Shown piece by piece: positions 40,108 through 52,382 of a DNA stretch of 64,000 nucleotides. This DNA comes from Bispira polyomma (lineage: Eukaryota), in the NCBI GenBank assembly GCA_965649765.1, contig OZ287756.1, positions 1,178,001-1,242,000 of the forward strand. Direction: 5' to 3'. The translations under genes and the position numbers were made by a program. The notes below the pieces were generated by a model. The model saw nothing but the letters and a program-made list of their open reading frames with translations. It was not told where the DNA came from and ran no database searches. Within the stretch, counting starts at the first letter, position 1, and each line of letters starts with the position of its first letter.

Positions 40108-40930
40108 ACTAGTATAAAGAGTCAGGTCGAGCAAAGGCTTGTTCAGTTAAAAGAGCTTTATGAAAACCCTACTACAGGTAAGAGTAAGTCACAAAGGGGA
40201 GGGGGTGTCGATGTGTCAGTGAAACGGGTAGTTGAATGGCCTCAGAACCACTTCCTGTCAGAAATTTCATAACTAGGCCTAGTTATGATGACTTGTCTCT
40301 AAACCAGTGGGTATGCAGATTTACCTGCATTATTCAAGACGAAAAATCCCCGGAAACCAAAGAAATAATTTCAGACTACATGGTTGGTCTTATGGAAGAC
40401 TCCCAGGATTATACTTAGAAAGCTGTCGTGCCTTAGAAAGCTGTCGGTTTTGACTACCACGTAAATTGATCAACTTAAATGGAGGAAGGTTGCTGAGTTA
40501 GATCACCTTAGGCGGGCTCATGCACAAAGGCATGTAAACAGTAGTAACAGTAGTAGTAGTTTTCAAAGGGGGCCACCATGGTTAATGAGGGCTCGGCTAA
40601 CTGTAGATTTTTCAGGGGGGCACATGTAAATTCCCCAACAGTCACAAGACTGGAAATACGTTTATTAAACATGTATGTGAAAGTTGTGCTGGGGCTCACA
40701 AAAAGTAGTAATTGTAGCAAAAAATTGGCAAAAACCTGAGGGGCCACTGCATGGTGCAGTGGCCAACAGCAGAGTTTATAGTAGGGAGTTTTAAAGGACA
40801 GACTTTCAGGCATTTCAATTGTTGGACAAGCAGAGGTAAACAACCTAAATTTAGTTCTAGTAATGTGGTCAAACAACCTGGTCAAAGCAGCAAAGTTTAA
40901 CACTCCAAGTGTGAAAACAAACAATTATAT
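40108..40930 (+). mobile_element. Decayed gag fragment of a third DIRS-order element, same family as element 2
   Basis: QVEQRL..GKSKSQRGG..WPQNH..RPSYDDLSLNQWV..LMEDSQD; LRRAHAQRH; CKFPNSHKTGNTFIKHVCESC. Confidence 0.85.
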
Positions 40931-42706
40931 CCAGATTAAATGTGAAATAGAGTAATACACAACATTAATGGAATATTAGGATTTATGCTTTTTACACTAA
41001 TCTACTTGAAGCATTACGCTATGTTAGTGTGGTTATTACTACTTGGTATATATAAGGGGTGCCATAACTATTTCACTGAGGTGACCATTGCCATTGGTTA
41101 CCAATTTATGCTACTCGTTGACACTTACAATTTACACCTATATTTTAGGTGAAACTAGAAAAAACAGGCCAGGTAGCAAACAAAAATAATGGACAAATCA
41201 GGCGTTGTGGCCACTGGTACAGAAAAGAAAGATTAAAAAAAACAAATAGTGTTTATTGAAAACAACATGTACATATATATTACACACTTAACAACTTGTA
41301 TCAGCCAAGCTACAGCTGAAACGGTTATGGTCAACAAATATATCTAATTATTATGCACTAATTATTCAATATTAATCTCTTCATTTATACATAAATATAA
41401 ACGGCTTCCTAGGTTCAGGTTTTACCCTTAAGCCACACTTCAGTCATAGTCAGAACTGGAACTTTATCCTACACAAATCGCTAAGACATTAGGTCAGCCT
41501 CTAGACTGTTTTTTACGGAACTCCCAGGTCTCACCCTGAAAGACCCATCCAAGTAGTTCTAAAGACTGTGAAAACAATAATAAACTTTCACCCCGAAACA
41601 AATGTGAAAAAACATCAATTACTGTATTTAATCTGAAAACAAACATAAAACTTCCTCTTGTGCTAATAACATGGTCTTTAAACTTTATCAACAATCCCGA
41701 AAATGTATTCATTAATATACCTTCCTGCTAATAACATGGTCTTTAAAACTTCACCAACAATCCTGAAAAATATATTCATAAATTTACCTTCTAAAACATG
41801 GCTACAGATTTTACCCTGAGACTAAATTATTTCTAAATAATTGTTATCCTAAAGACCAATATCAGAAGTTACAGGTTTTATCCTCATATATTCTTAACTA
41901 CAGGTTATACCTTAAATATTATGAAATACAGGTTAAACCGTGAAACTTTACGAAATATAATGTTCCAAACTGTAGGTTTTTCCATAAATATCATTAACTA
42001 GAGTTATAACACTGAAGTACAAGCCATTCCTCCATAGATGGTGTCCAAACTAAATCAGCATATACGTTATCAAGTGCAACGATAGACAATAGTCAAAAAC
42101 TCCAAAGCTCCAGATTAGTAAAATTAATCAATGCTCATTGTAGCTTTTACACAAGTATATGCATTAAGAATAAGGTTTTATTTAACAAAACATAATTTTA
42201 CTAGATCTAACTGTAATATAATATAAACTATAAGTTGCAAAAGGAACCTACATGCATACCTTTTGGAGCAGGCATATCTTCGTTACTGTTTCTGACAATA
42301 CACACTCTACACCTTCCTTACGGATGTCATTATTGCCTTAAATTTTTTTGTATGGAGTGATTTTACTATTTCTGGCTTCCTGGTTACAGAGTATTTAAGG
42401 TAGAAACGAAAATAATGGATATGGTTCCAACTGAAATCACAGTAGTAAACAATTACAACTGTTGAATATTCACAAATAATTTCAAATGCATTCTGAAAGT
42501 TAATTCACCAAGATAAATCATCAGAAGCTATTTGTTTAAGCAGACGCTTTTAACAACTAAGCCACTGTGCCTGGTCATCTATTTTGTGCTACAGATATTA
42601 TTCAATACATTACATAAATCTTGTTACGACAAAACCACCGTGCCTAGATATATATTTAGCACAACAGACATTACATATAGCTTGTTGTTGTACACCAAGT
42701 CAGACT

Positions 42707-43917
42707 TTAGCCATCATGAGTGACCCTGTCTATTATTGCACACTGTTGTACCGTGGTATGGTTTACCAGACCCTCACACATCCTGCTATTTCCCAAAACC
42801 TGGTAGACACCGGCTAGTTCTCGGAGTATCCCAGTCACAAACACAGACTCTAAATGTACAAATTTGTTCTCATACCTATCGCAGGCATCCAGGATTTTAC
42901 TTGCTGCCCCAGCATTCATAACATAGCTGGGTCCATGAACATGTGTTGGAAACACTTTACCTGGAAATACATTTTCTGGAACAAACATCTGCTGGTTACA
43001 TTTCAACCGTACAGGGCGTGACTCACGAACAACACGTCCCATCACAAAATCATCTGGTGGTGTCTCTGACAACATGTCTATCAGTAGTGGTAGGTTTAAG
43101 TGGCTTTTGTCCGATATTTTGACTACATAGTTAGTACCTCTATAAATGTTAAGGAAGGTCTTCAGCATCCACAAGGATTTATTAGTCTGATTATAGAAGG
43201 AGTTAATAAAGTCCCCTTGTAGGATGTCTCTGTACTTCTGGCTTTCTCTAATTATCGACTCATGTATGATGCCATCACTGGCAGTACCAAGAAAGAAGGC
43301 AGTCTTCACATCTGCTTTTCTGTGTCTACCTGGGAAACATAATATAATGTCTCTGGAAATACATTTGCAGCATATATTGACAGGTACTTCACTTGTGGAG
43401 AAAATCAAAGCAAGGTCTACTTTGTCGGGTATGCTCCCTAACATATCTTTGTTCACCTAATGAAACACTATACTAGTTGATACATAGGTCAAAGTTAAAA
43501 ATAACTAGTCTCCCAATTGAGCTTAGATCACTTGAAACCCGTTCAGGGTCTAAGAAAAAGATTAAAACAAATTCCTCCTCCCCCAGCATCTTCGGCTAAT
43601 GGTAGAACTCTATGTCTTCATCTAGTATATTAGTCACTATATACACCCACTGAGTGATAAACTGAATCAAGGTGTTACTACTACTCACCCATTGAAGTAT
43701 TCCATTTGCTTCGGGATCTCCCATTTTTCCAAGAGCTACGTATTTTCTCACGAGCCTCAAAGTTATTTGGCTCAGACACAACAGCCACCAATACGGACAA
43801 GCCACTGCTCTGTTGGATGCTCCTGCTGTTTAAAACTATACTTAAAATCCAGAAATTGACAACAATAAAAGCTATTATCATTAGAGTCTGTATCAGCTTA
43901 CATATCTGAAACCTCAT
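42707..43917 (-). CDS. GT31 beta-1,3-galactosyltransferase-like protein, paralogue 3 (exons 43917-43689, 43329-42707; about 283 aa)
   Basis: TM helix; REKIRSSW, ESQKYRDILQGDF, FPTHVHGPSYVM, LESVFVTG; same phase-1 intron after WNT.. as the other paralogues. The DxD position reads KISDK. Confidence 0.88.
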
Positions 43918-44539
43918 TGTATAATACAGCTGAAATCATCCGAATTAATTCCAATGTGTGGACAATTATCTCACAAAAACCCTATTAGTTCCCCAGAATC
44001 ATTATTTAAAAGTTGCAACAAAAAAATATCACCAATAAATTTTTAACTTGATCAATATAATGTGTAATCTATATAACTACCAGGAATTATTTTGTAGTTT
44101 TTTTTAAAAAAAACAATCCGTTCAAGTAGACTAGTATTTAGATAGATGTTAACACACGCTAAATTGTACGAGACAACAACCAGATCAACATGGTGAGTTG
44201 TGTGGGGGCCTTCAATGTGTACAGCCATTGTCACAGAGAACAGATTGCTACTTTAATTAAGAGTAGTATTTTTACAAACTATTTATTGACCAGCAATGAA
44301 GGAAAGTCCATGGCCATACTAAATGGCAAATGAATGATATGAAAACAAAAAAGCTGCTCATGCGAATCAACAGATGGTTTCATATGTATATAAAAGGATG
44401 TTCTAGAGTACAGTTATATTCATAAAGCTGCGAACCTTTGCTAAATATAATTAATTACTAATTATTGTGTACTGAATGGTAAATAAAGGACTTGCTTCAT
44501 ATGAAAACAAAAAAAGCTGCCCATCAGATATCCTAATAT

Positions 44540-47500
44540 ACCCTATTATCGACTACTCCATTTGGCGGGAGTGGGCCGTACCGCATATTTGGCACTGTAT
44601 ACTGCATATTTCGAGCTTGTTTTGCTATATTTTATATCTTATTTAATTAAAAATCCTTTTCTATCGATTTTTCCTTGACTTAGTCTCATTTTATGTTGTT
44701 TTTGGTTGTGAGGTTGTACTTAGCTTAAGGTCAGGCTGTAGTGTGGGGTGTTAGGGTGTCCGTAAGTCACCCATGGGACGAAGAATTGTATAGTGAGTGG
44801 TAGGGACATATTTGTTGAGGCTCCCTACTGTTGAGTTTAGTTTAAGGCTTTTCCTTTTGTACAACCTCACCAGTCATGTTTCTCCTTAGGGTTCTCCTTT
44901 TTTCGGCACTGTTTGCTGTGGCACTAGTGCACCCTTGAGTAGATCACATATCTACTACTCCACTGTCTAAAGTCGGAAAGAATTTTCTCATACACTTGTT
45001 CATGTCATAAATGCTCAACTTCTGTTAATGGAAGAGGTCTAGTGTTGTTACTCTTATTGGTCGGTGATGTATTCCTTAACCCTGGTCCTGTCATGCTGGG
45101 TGTGCTAAATGCTAGATCTGTATAGAACAAAGGTCCACTTCTTGCTGATATTTTGACATTGTATGGCCTCGACTTCCTCTGTGTTACCCATGTCCGTCTA
45201 TCTGATACGGATAGCGTTCTACGGTCTGTTACTCTTCCTGATATTGTGTTTTCTCAAACGCCTCATCTTTTATGTATTGGTGGCAGTGTCGGTTTCTTCA
45301 TCAGTTCCTCCTTTAGACAATACAAAATAGAGTCTTCTTCTGTGCATCAGTCCTTTGAAAACATAATGGTGTCAATTGGGCTTCATGGCCACTCACTGTT
45401 GCTTGCCTGCGTCTATTGCCCCCCAGGATCATGTACCTGTAATTTTTTAGAAGAATTCATGTCTTTTTTTGGTTTCCTGTCATCTATTAACAGTTCGTAT
45501 CATATCTGTGGTGACTTTAACATCCATGTTGATGCACCAGTTGGTGAGGGTCATAAATGTATGACCTTTCATGATTCGTGTGATCTAAAACAGTCAGTTA
45601 CACAACCTACCCATCTGCATTTTAACATTCTGGACCTCATTCTATCTCCTATTGATCAGGATACTATTGTGATTTTATATCTGATCATGCATTAGTAAAA
45701 TGCTCAATTGCCTCTCTTTGGATTTGAATTTGAATTTGGATATTTAACGTCTACTCTGGTACATGACTTGGGTGATGTTCTCGATAAGCATGCACCACTT
45801 GTATCTAGAATGTCAAAGAAAGATTCTGTGCATTGGCTTTGTGATTCATACCGACAGGCAAAGTCTCTCAGGCGCCAATATGAAAGAACTTGGTGAATTT
45901 GAATTTGAATTTTGATATTTAACATCCACTGTAGTACCTTTAAGTAGGTTATAGTGGGACGGGTAGTTGAAAACGCTGGAGGAAACACTGCATACAGTCG
46001 GTCAAGGTTCTGCAGAGAAACCAGCGGCCCACAGTAAGGAACTACCACCTTTCCCACATAGGCATCGAACTCACGCCGCCCAGAGGTGAGAGACCAGTGA
46101 TTGTAAAGGAAAGAACTTGGTGAAGGGCCAAGACTCCACTGAATAGAAGTCGACTTCGTCGCCATATTGCTCGGTGCAATGTACTTGCTGACGAGGATAA
46201 GTCGGAGTATTATGGCAAACTTATCTCAGACAACAGTCATAACTCCAGAAAGCTATGGCACGAGCTGCGCAAGACCCTAAATATGGTTTCCAATGTGGCA
46301 TACCATCCCATGAATCTGATAAGTCATTAGCTGACAAGTTTGCTTCCTATTTTTCAAACAAAATTAAGAAAATTACAGATACTTTTGTTCTTTCTGGAAT
46401 TAAAAATGATGTTTATCCTCTTTCTGATCCACCTGAAAATTCTGCCTCTAAAGATGCTGTTAATAAAATAATTAGTAACTCACCTACGAAATCCTGCATG
46501 TTGGATCCATGGCCAACATCTCTCAGCAAAGAATGTAGTGATATACTTCTATCCATTACAAAGCTTATAAATTGCTTATTGAGGGACATGTACTTGACGG
46601 TTTTAAAAAAGCTGGGGTTACTCCTTTTATTAAGAAGGCTTCTCTTCCGATTGATGACCTACAAAACTATTGCCCTGTATCTGGTCTTAGTTTTATATCA
46701 AAACTGGTTGAACGTGTGGTTGCTAAGCAACTGTTAGATCATATCCTTGTCCGCGACTTAGACAACCCACATCAGTCTGCATGCAAAACAGGTCATTCGA
46801 CTGAGACAGCTCTTCTGTCCATAAAAAAATGAAGTTCACCTATCTTTGTCAAGAGGCGAACCTACTGCCCTAGTGTTGCTCGACCTTTCTGCTGATTTTG
46901 ACACCATTGATCATTCCACTTTTCTCAGTTGTCTTCAGACTTGGTTTGGAGTTGGGGGCTGTGTTCTTAAATGGTTCACTTCCTACTTAACTGATCGTTA
47001 TCAGTCGATAAAAATTGGTTCTACTTTGTCAGATCTTTGTAAACTCTTGTTTGATGTTCCCCAAGGTTCTGTTTTGGGCTCTCTGTTGTTTTCGTTGTAC
47101 ACTGCGCCCTCTAGATTGGTGATTGGCAATCTTTGGCTCAAAACGACAGAGGGAGAAGTTGGAAGCATGTTTTTCAGTTGACATCCTAGGTGGCCCTTTC
47201 AGCCCAGCTGATTCTGTCAAGAACCTGGGTGTATGGTTCGACTCTGACTATTCCTTTTCTAAACACGTTCAGAGTGTCTGCAAAAGCTGTTTTGTGAACC
47301 TCCGGGACTTTAGACATGTCAGGTGGTTTCTCACTTATGATGCTTCTATACTTGTAGCCAATGCTTTTGTCAGTAGTAGATTGGATTACTGCAATTCACT
47401 TTTCAGGAGTCTCTCAAAGTTTAATTTACGCAAATTACAATGCATTCAAAATAGTGCAGCTAGAATTGTTTCAAACACCAGTCGATACACCAATATAACT

Positions 47501-47995
47501 CCTGTTCTTAAGAAATTGCATTGGCTCCCTGTTGAACAGCGTTCAGTGTTTAAAACAGCTACACTTGTTTATAAGTTTCTTCACATTGGTTTTCCAAAGT
47601 ATTTTGCACCATATCTTTACTGTTACAGTAGTTCTTATAATACCAGGTGCAGTCACAGTGGTAGTAATTTCCTTGTAGTTCCAAAGTTTCACCCGTCTAC
47701 TCAAAAGTCAGTTAACAGTTTGGTCACAGCTTTACTTATGATGCTCCCATTGTTTGGAATGCTCTTTCTGATGTGATTCGTGTGCCACTAGCCTCTTGTA
47801 GAAAGTAGCTTAAAACCCAATTGTACACCAAAGCATACCCACTTTAGTCTCAATCCTCCCCCGGAATGCTCTGTGGTGCTTGATCCTTTTTTTGTCCCTG
47901 GATATTGAAATTGGATTACTATCTTTTATGCTATTATGCCTTAGAGTCCCCTTCATTAATGGGAGATTAAGCGCTATGAAAGTCTAATTACAATT
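44540..47995 (+). mobile_element. Near full-length decayed L2/CR1-type LINE ORF2 (endonuclease plus RT) with N-terminal 2A-like motif
   Basis: GDVFLNPGP, LNARS, VYCPP, GDFNIH, LDLI, LDPWP, HSTETALL, LDLSADFDTIDH, VPQGSVLG, SRLDYCNS, LHWLPV. Many stops and frameshifts; the YADD segment is deleted. Confidence 0.92.
45898..46108 (-). mobile_element. 5'-truncated SINE with a 16-bp target-site duplication, inside the LINE
   Basis: gaaagaacttggtgaa at 45882-45897 and 46109-46124; minus-strand B box gagttcgatgcc and (ATTCAA)n tail. Confidence 0.85.
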
Positions 47996-48420
47996 ATATG
48001 AGAATCACAAGATGGCCACTTAGCCACAACTAGGATCATAGTCCGATCACTGGGTTTAGTCCAATGACAGAATAATAACAATATATTAAATATTTCTATA
48101 AATAACATGCCATACCATACATTAGTTGAGGCACTAACATTAAAAATGTGTTGGAAACTAACACAATACTTACAGACTACTCCACAACACTTCCTAAGTT
48201 AAGGTTTGGAACTTAAGGTAAATAATTTTTTTTTTTATTAATATTAGTTCAACCAGTAGTGTGTACTCCGAAAGCGGTTACACTTATATAGTTATGGTGT
48301 GGATGTTATGGCTACTATGTATCAATCAACTCTTGGTTGGTTTGGTTCATATCTCATCGGAACCTTTAAGTCTCATTACGGAGCATGCTGAATTTATAAC
48401 TTGGAAAATAGGTTGTAGAC

Positions 48421-48525
48421 AGTGACAAAAGTTTGTGATAAAAGTCAGTGATAAAAGTTTGTGATAAAAGTCAGTGATAAAAGTTAGTGATAAAAGTTTG
48501 TAATAAAAGTCAGTGATAAAAGTTA
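48421..48525. repeat. 13-bp tandem repeat
   Basis: gtgataaaagt(tt/ca) repeated about 8 times. Confidence 0.9.
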
Positions 48526-49544
48526 GTAGTTTCCCGCAGTAAAGCAATAGCGTTTAAAATTTAAAAACAACATTTAGGTACAATTTAATTTTATTTTTCT
48601 CATATTTGAATCAGAATAACTAAAGATATATATGAGACCCTTATCAAATATCAGAAGCTGCCTGTGATGAGTGTTTTAGTGACTCCAGCTTTTCATTTAG
48701 TAAAGAAAAAGTACTGCTGCCTCAGTAACGACAACAAGAGGCTGTTGCTTTGACAGTAGATTATAGTTAATATTTATCGTTAATATCCTCCTATACACTA
48801 ATAAAGGACACACTCTCCATTATCGGTAACAGGCAGGATCAGGTTTTCACATATTTTCAACTTACAAGTTTACAAATCACTTCTCAATGATGATTACTTT
48901 GGTCTTCTTTGCTTTAAGTTAGGATTTTGTTTGATCATAACAATGCCACCTCACAGAGACTCTTTTAGTGACATTTCCTTGTTTTAGTTAACTAAATCAT
49001 CAGTTTATAAAAATATCTAACACCTACAAACATTGGTTTTATAGTATATAAGGAATTGAATAAGGTGAGTGAAGTGAAATATCTTTATAAAAAATACATT
49101 TCACCTTATAATAATGTGTGTTTGATTAGAATCGAGGTGTAATAAACACCCTTTAAACTGGAGATATAATTCAGTCATCCAAACATTCAACCATGTAGGT
49201 ACACTTAATCCATTAGCCAGCCACTAAATAAGAGACAGATTACCTCCCATAGTATTAATATTATGATGTATTAAAATTGATATGCTCTATGTATCTACCT
49301 TTACCTGCTATTCAAAGCACTAATGAATTTTGTTATGACTGCCCAATGACAGCTAACCCTTACGATTAACTGTCATTCCCCTAGCAGAAGAGAGAGTTAG
49401 ACAGGTCGTAAGCTGATACCATTGGTGTTTTGTGAAATAAAAAGACATGCATTTTGTATTTGCTTTAGATTTGAATTGATTCTTTATTGTTAGAATATCT
49501 ATGGACAAGCAAAAGGATCCATAACTACTTTGCATTCAAGATAA

Positions 49545-50881
49545 CTAGCCGCTGATGCAGTACCCAGTGAAGGTGGACCTATTAAAGCCAGCGACGTAGT
49601 TTGGAGTGAATCTGTTGACCAGGTAGACTCTGTCACCTCTCTTACACGGATGCACAATGGCTTGACAGGTGCTTACAATGATGTAATACAAGCGGTTACT
49701 ATTGTAGGACAGAGTGTCAGTGATAGGCTTGTTATTGATGAACAACTGGCCGCCACTCCTGTAGTACGAACCGCCACTATCAAGAGCCCCAGAATACAAG
49801 CAGTAGATGAAATAGTAGATACCAGATTTGGGGACGACATATTCATATTTCTTCACATCAAAATTATTACCAGCGTCAAACAGAACTGATTTAAATCTCA
49901 GCCTTGAACCAGGTAGCAAATAGAGCGTCGAATCAGGGTGAGTTGCAGTAAATGCAGTCTTTTTGCATGCTGCTTCAACTAAACAGTCAATAAAAACAAC
50001 ATTTGGTCATTACACGGGGGGTGCTGTATCTAAACAGTGTTGGATGTAATCAGCATCTCATTAAAGTTATTTCCTTGAGGTTTTAATTTTTTTTAATTTT
50101 TACTACAGGATGTATATATTGTTATTTATATATTTCTATAATTCTGAAACTATTTCTTTCCTAGTTTTAATATATTATCATTTACATCCAACACCATTTA
50201 TATCCGGCAACTTAAAATTGCAAGACTGTAGGATATGATGAGAACTATTATTGCTTAACAGTATAGTCAATTTGAGATAATAAGTTTTAGTTGTGTATGT
50301 GATATTAGTACATGTAATTAGTAAGTAAATTAGTAAATTAGAGCAGAATATATACTTTTACATGAAACGTCTTGGTGTTTAAAGCCATAATTCCACTCCT
50401 TTACTTGTCATTGCTCCTTTACACTGCTAGCTAATCATGTCACAATATGTTGTCAATCTTTACCCTTTAAAATGAGTGGATTGCCAGAACTGGCTTTACT
50501 GTCACTGTCCAGTTGAGAAGAATAAACTCCCACTATAAATCAGGGTTTTTTTAAAGTCAACTAAAAACCTACATTTCAACCCATATTCCTCCATAGTCTC
50601 TAATAATCGACTACCGTTTTTGGAGAATCAACAAGTAGAGGATGCTTTATCAGATTGGAGCTTTGCAAATCATTTAATTATTATTATTATTGAATTAGAA
50701 AAAAAAAATTTGGTTGCTATTTAAAATAATTACGCCTGTAATCAAGCATAGAGTTATCATTTGTTAGTAATATATTATTCACTACACTGAAGTCAGCCAA
50801 AGAGGAAAACCATGCCACCTTACCTGACTGGTAAGTAATAAAAGAGAAAAGCAAGAGAGTGGTCACTTGGATGAAGGCCAT
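49545..50881 (-). CDS. Secreted globular-head C1q-domain protein (exons 50881-50824, 49978-49545; about 163 aa)
   Basis: Signal peptide MAFIQVTTLLLFSFITYQSVEA, then gC1q motifs AFTA, F..VLFDAGNNFD, VPKSGIYYF, GDRVYL, STFTGY; phase-1 GT-AG intron; AATAAA at about 49483-49488 on the minus strand. Confidence 0.9.
50020..50210. mobile_element. MITE in the C1q gene intron
   Basis: Imperfect inverted repeats of about 30 bp with core gtgttggatgtaa / ttacatccaacac. Confidence 0.6.
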
Positions 50882-52096
50882 TCTGTGTCACGTGACTGAA
50901 ATCCTGTAATCCAGAAAAGAGATAACCTAAACATTAGTATCACACAAAATTGACGAGATAGACAGATAATGTGACGAAAGAGCAGTGATGTCACAAACAG
51001 TACAGGGAAGTTTTTTTCATGGGGTGACATTTAATGGTCGCTAGTGACCATAACTCTACGTGATATCAACTTAGTATTGGTATTTTGGGTAGCTAGGAAG
51101 TCAGGCCATGGCACAGTGGTAAATAGTATGACTATTATTTTTTAACCCACTTGTTAAGGTGTTATATATAAATCAAGTGGCGAATGGAAAAAGTAAAAAC
51201 AAAAAGAATAGCTGACAGATGACTATTAAGGAAGTGCACCATTTAATTAGTATGCTGAAAATTAGTGAAAGACAGAATGTAACATCGGAGCTGTCCTGAT
51301 GTATCAAGGTCAACTCTTTCGCATTGAGGGACTTCGGTTAAGAATGCAAAAAAAATCGTCGAAATATTGACAGATTGTCAAATGGTTCTAATAATATTAT
51401 AATGAGATAAAGCATACCATAACTAGAATTCCCCCAAAAAAACCTGAAACAGCATTGACAAATTGAAGCTGCTTTCTAACTGTACTCAAATTAAATAGGC
51501 TTTTGCAAAAAAAAAACATTATTAAAACACATTATTAAAAATACATACAGAGAAAATTATGCGGCTAGATAAATTGTAGTTTGAAATGATAGTTCAAATG
51601 ACGTTTATAATTTAGTGTCACTGACATCATATTGATGAAAGATTTTCACGGATATCTTGACAACCATTGAAGATAATTGGTCCTCACCACTTCATGGCCA
51701 AAAAAAACACTAAAATAAAACAGGGAATTCAATGGCAGCCGAGGCTACGATAGCGATTACCGAATCCTCATCAAACACTATGAGACTTTTAATGGCTATA
51801 ATGATGTTTCAAGGATCTCTACATCTAAAAATTTAACTTTATTTTGGGAAGTAAACTCTGTACCCTAGAAACCTGAAATATATGGTGATAAAAGAATTAA
51901 TAAAATGTGTATTGCGAAATGTGTGAACAAATTTTTAAAGAATCCCTACATCCTTACCATAACCTATTGCTGATCTTAAATGGTTTTCACAGTGACATTC
52001 ACTCTAAATGTAACCTTATTTAGCATGTAAGTTACATCTTACACATTAAATCTGGCAATAAAAGTATGATGGAAACCTAGCCAACCATAACATATT

Positions 52097-52296
52097 NNNN
52101 NNNNNNNNNNNNNNNNNNNNNNNNNNNNNNNNNNNNNNNNNNNNNNNNNNNNNNNNNNNNNNNNNNNNNNNNNNNNNNNNNNNNNNNNNNNNNNNNNNNN
52201 NNNNNNNNNNNNNNNNNNNNNNNNNNNNNNNNNNNNNNNNNNNNNNNNNNNNNNNNNNNNNNNNNNNNNNNNNNNNNNNNNNNNNNNNNNNNNNNN
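52097..52296. other. Assembly gap (200 N)
   Basis: Run of N. Confidence 1.
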
Positions 52297-52382
52297 CCTT
52301 AAATCTAAACTAAACACCCATATAAATCTAAACTAACTGACAGTAAAACATATCAAAGTTAAAGTAAAAGCTACAATGGACT

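Noticed and set aside
52039-52317. 92-aa ORF
   Set aside because: Spans the N gap.
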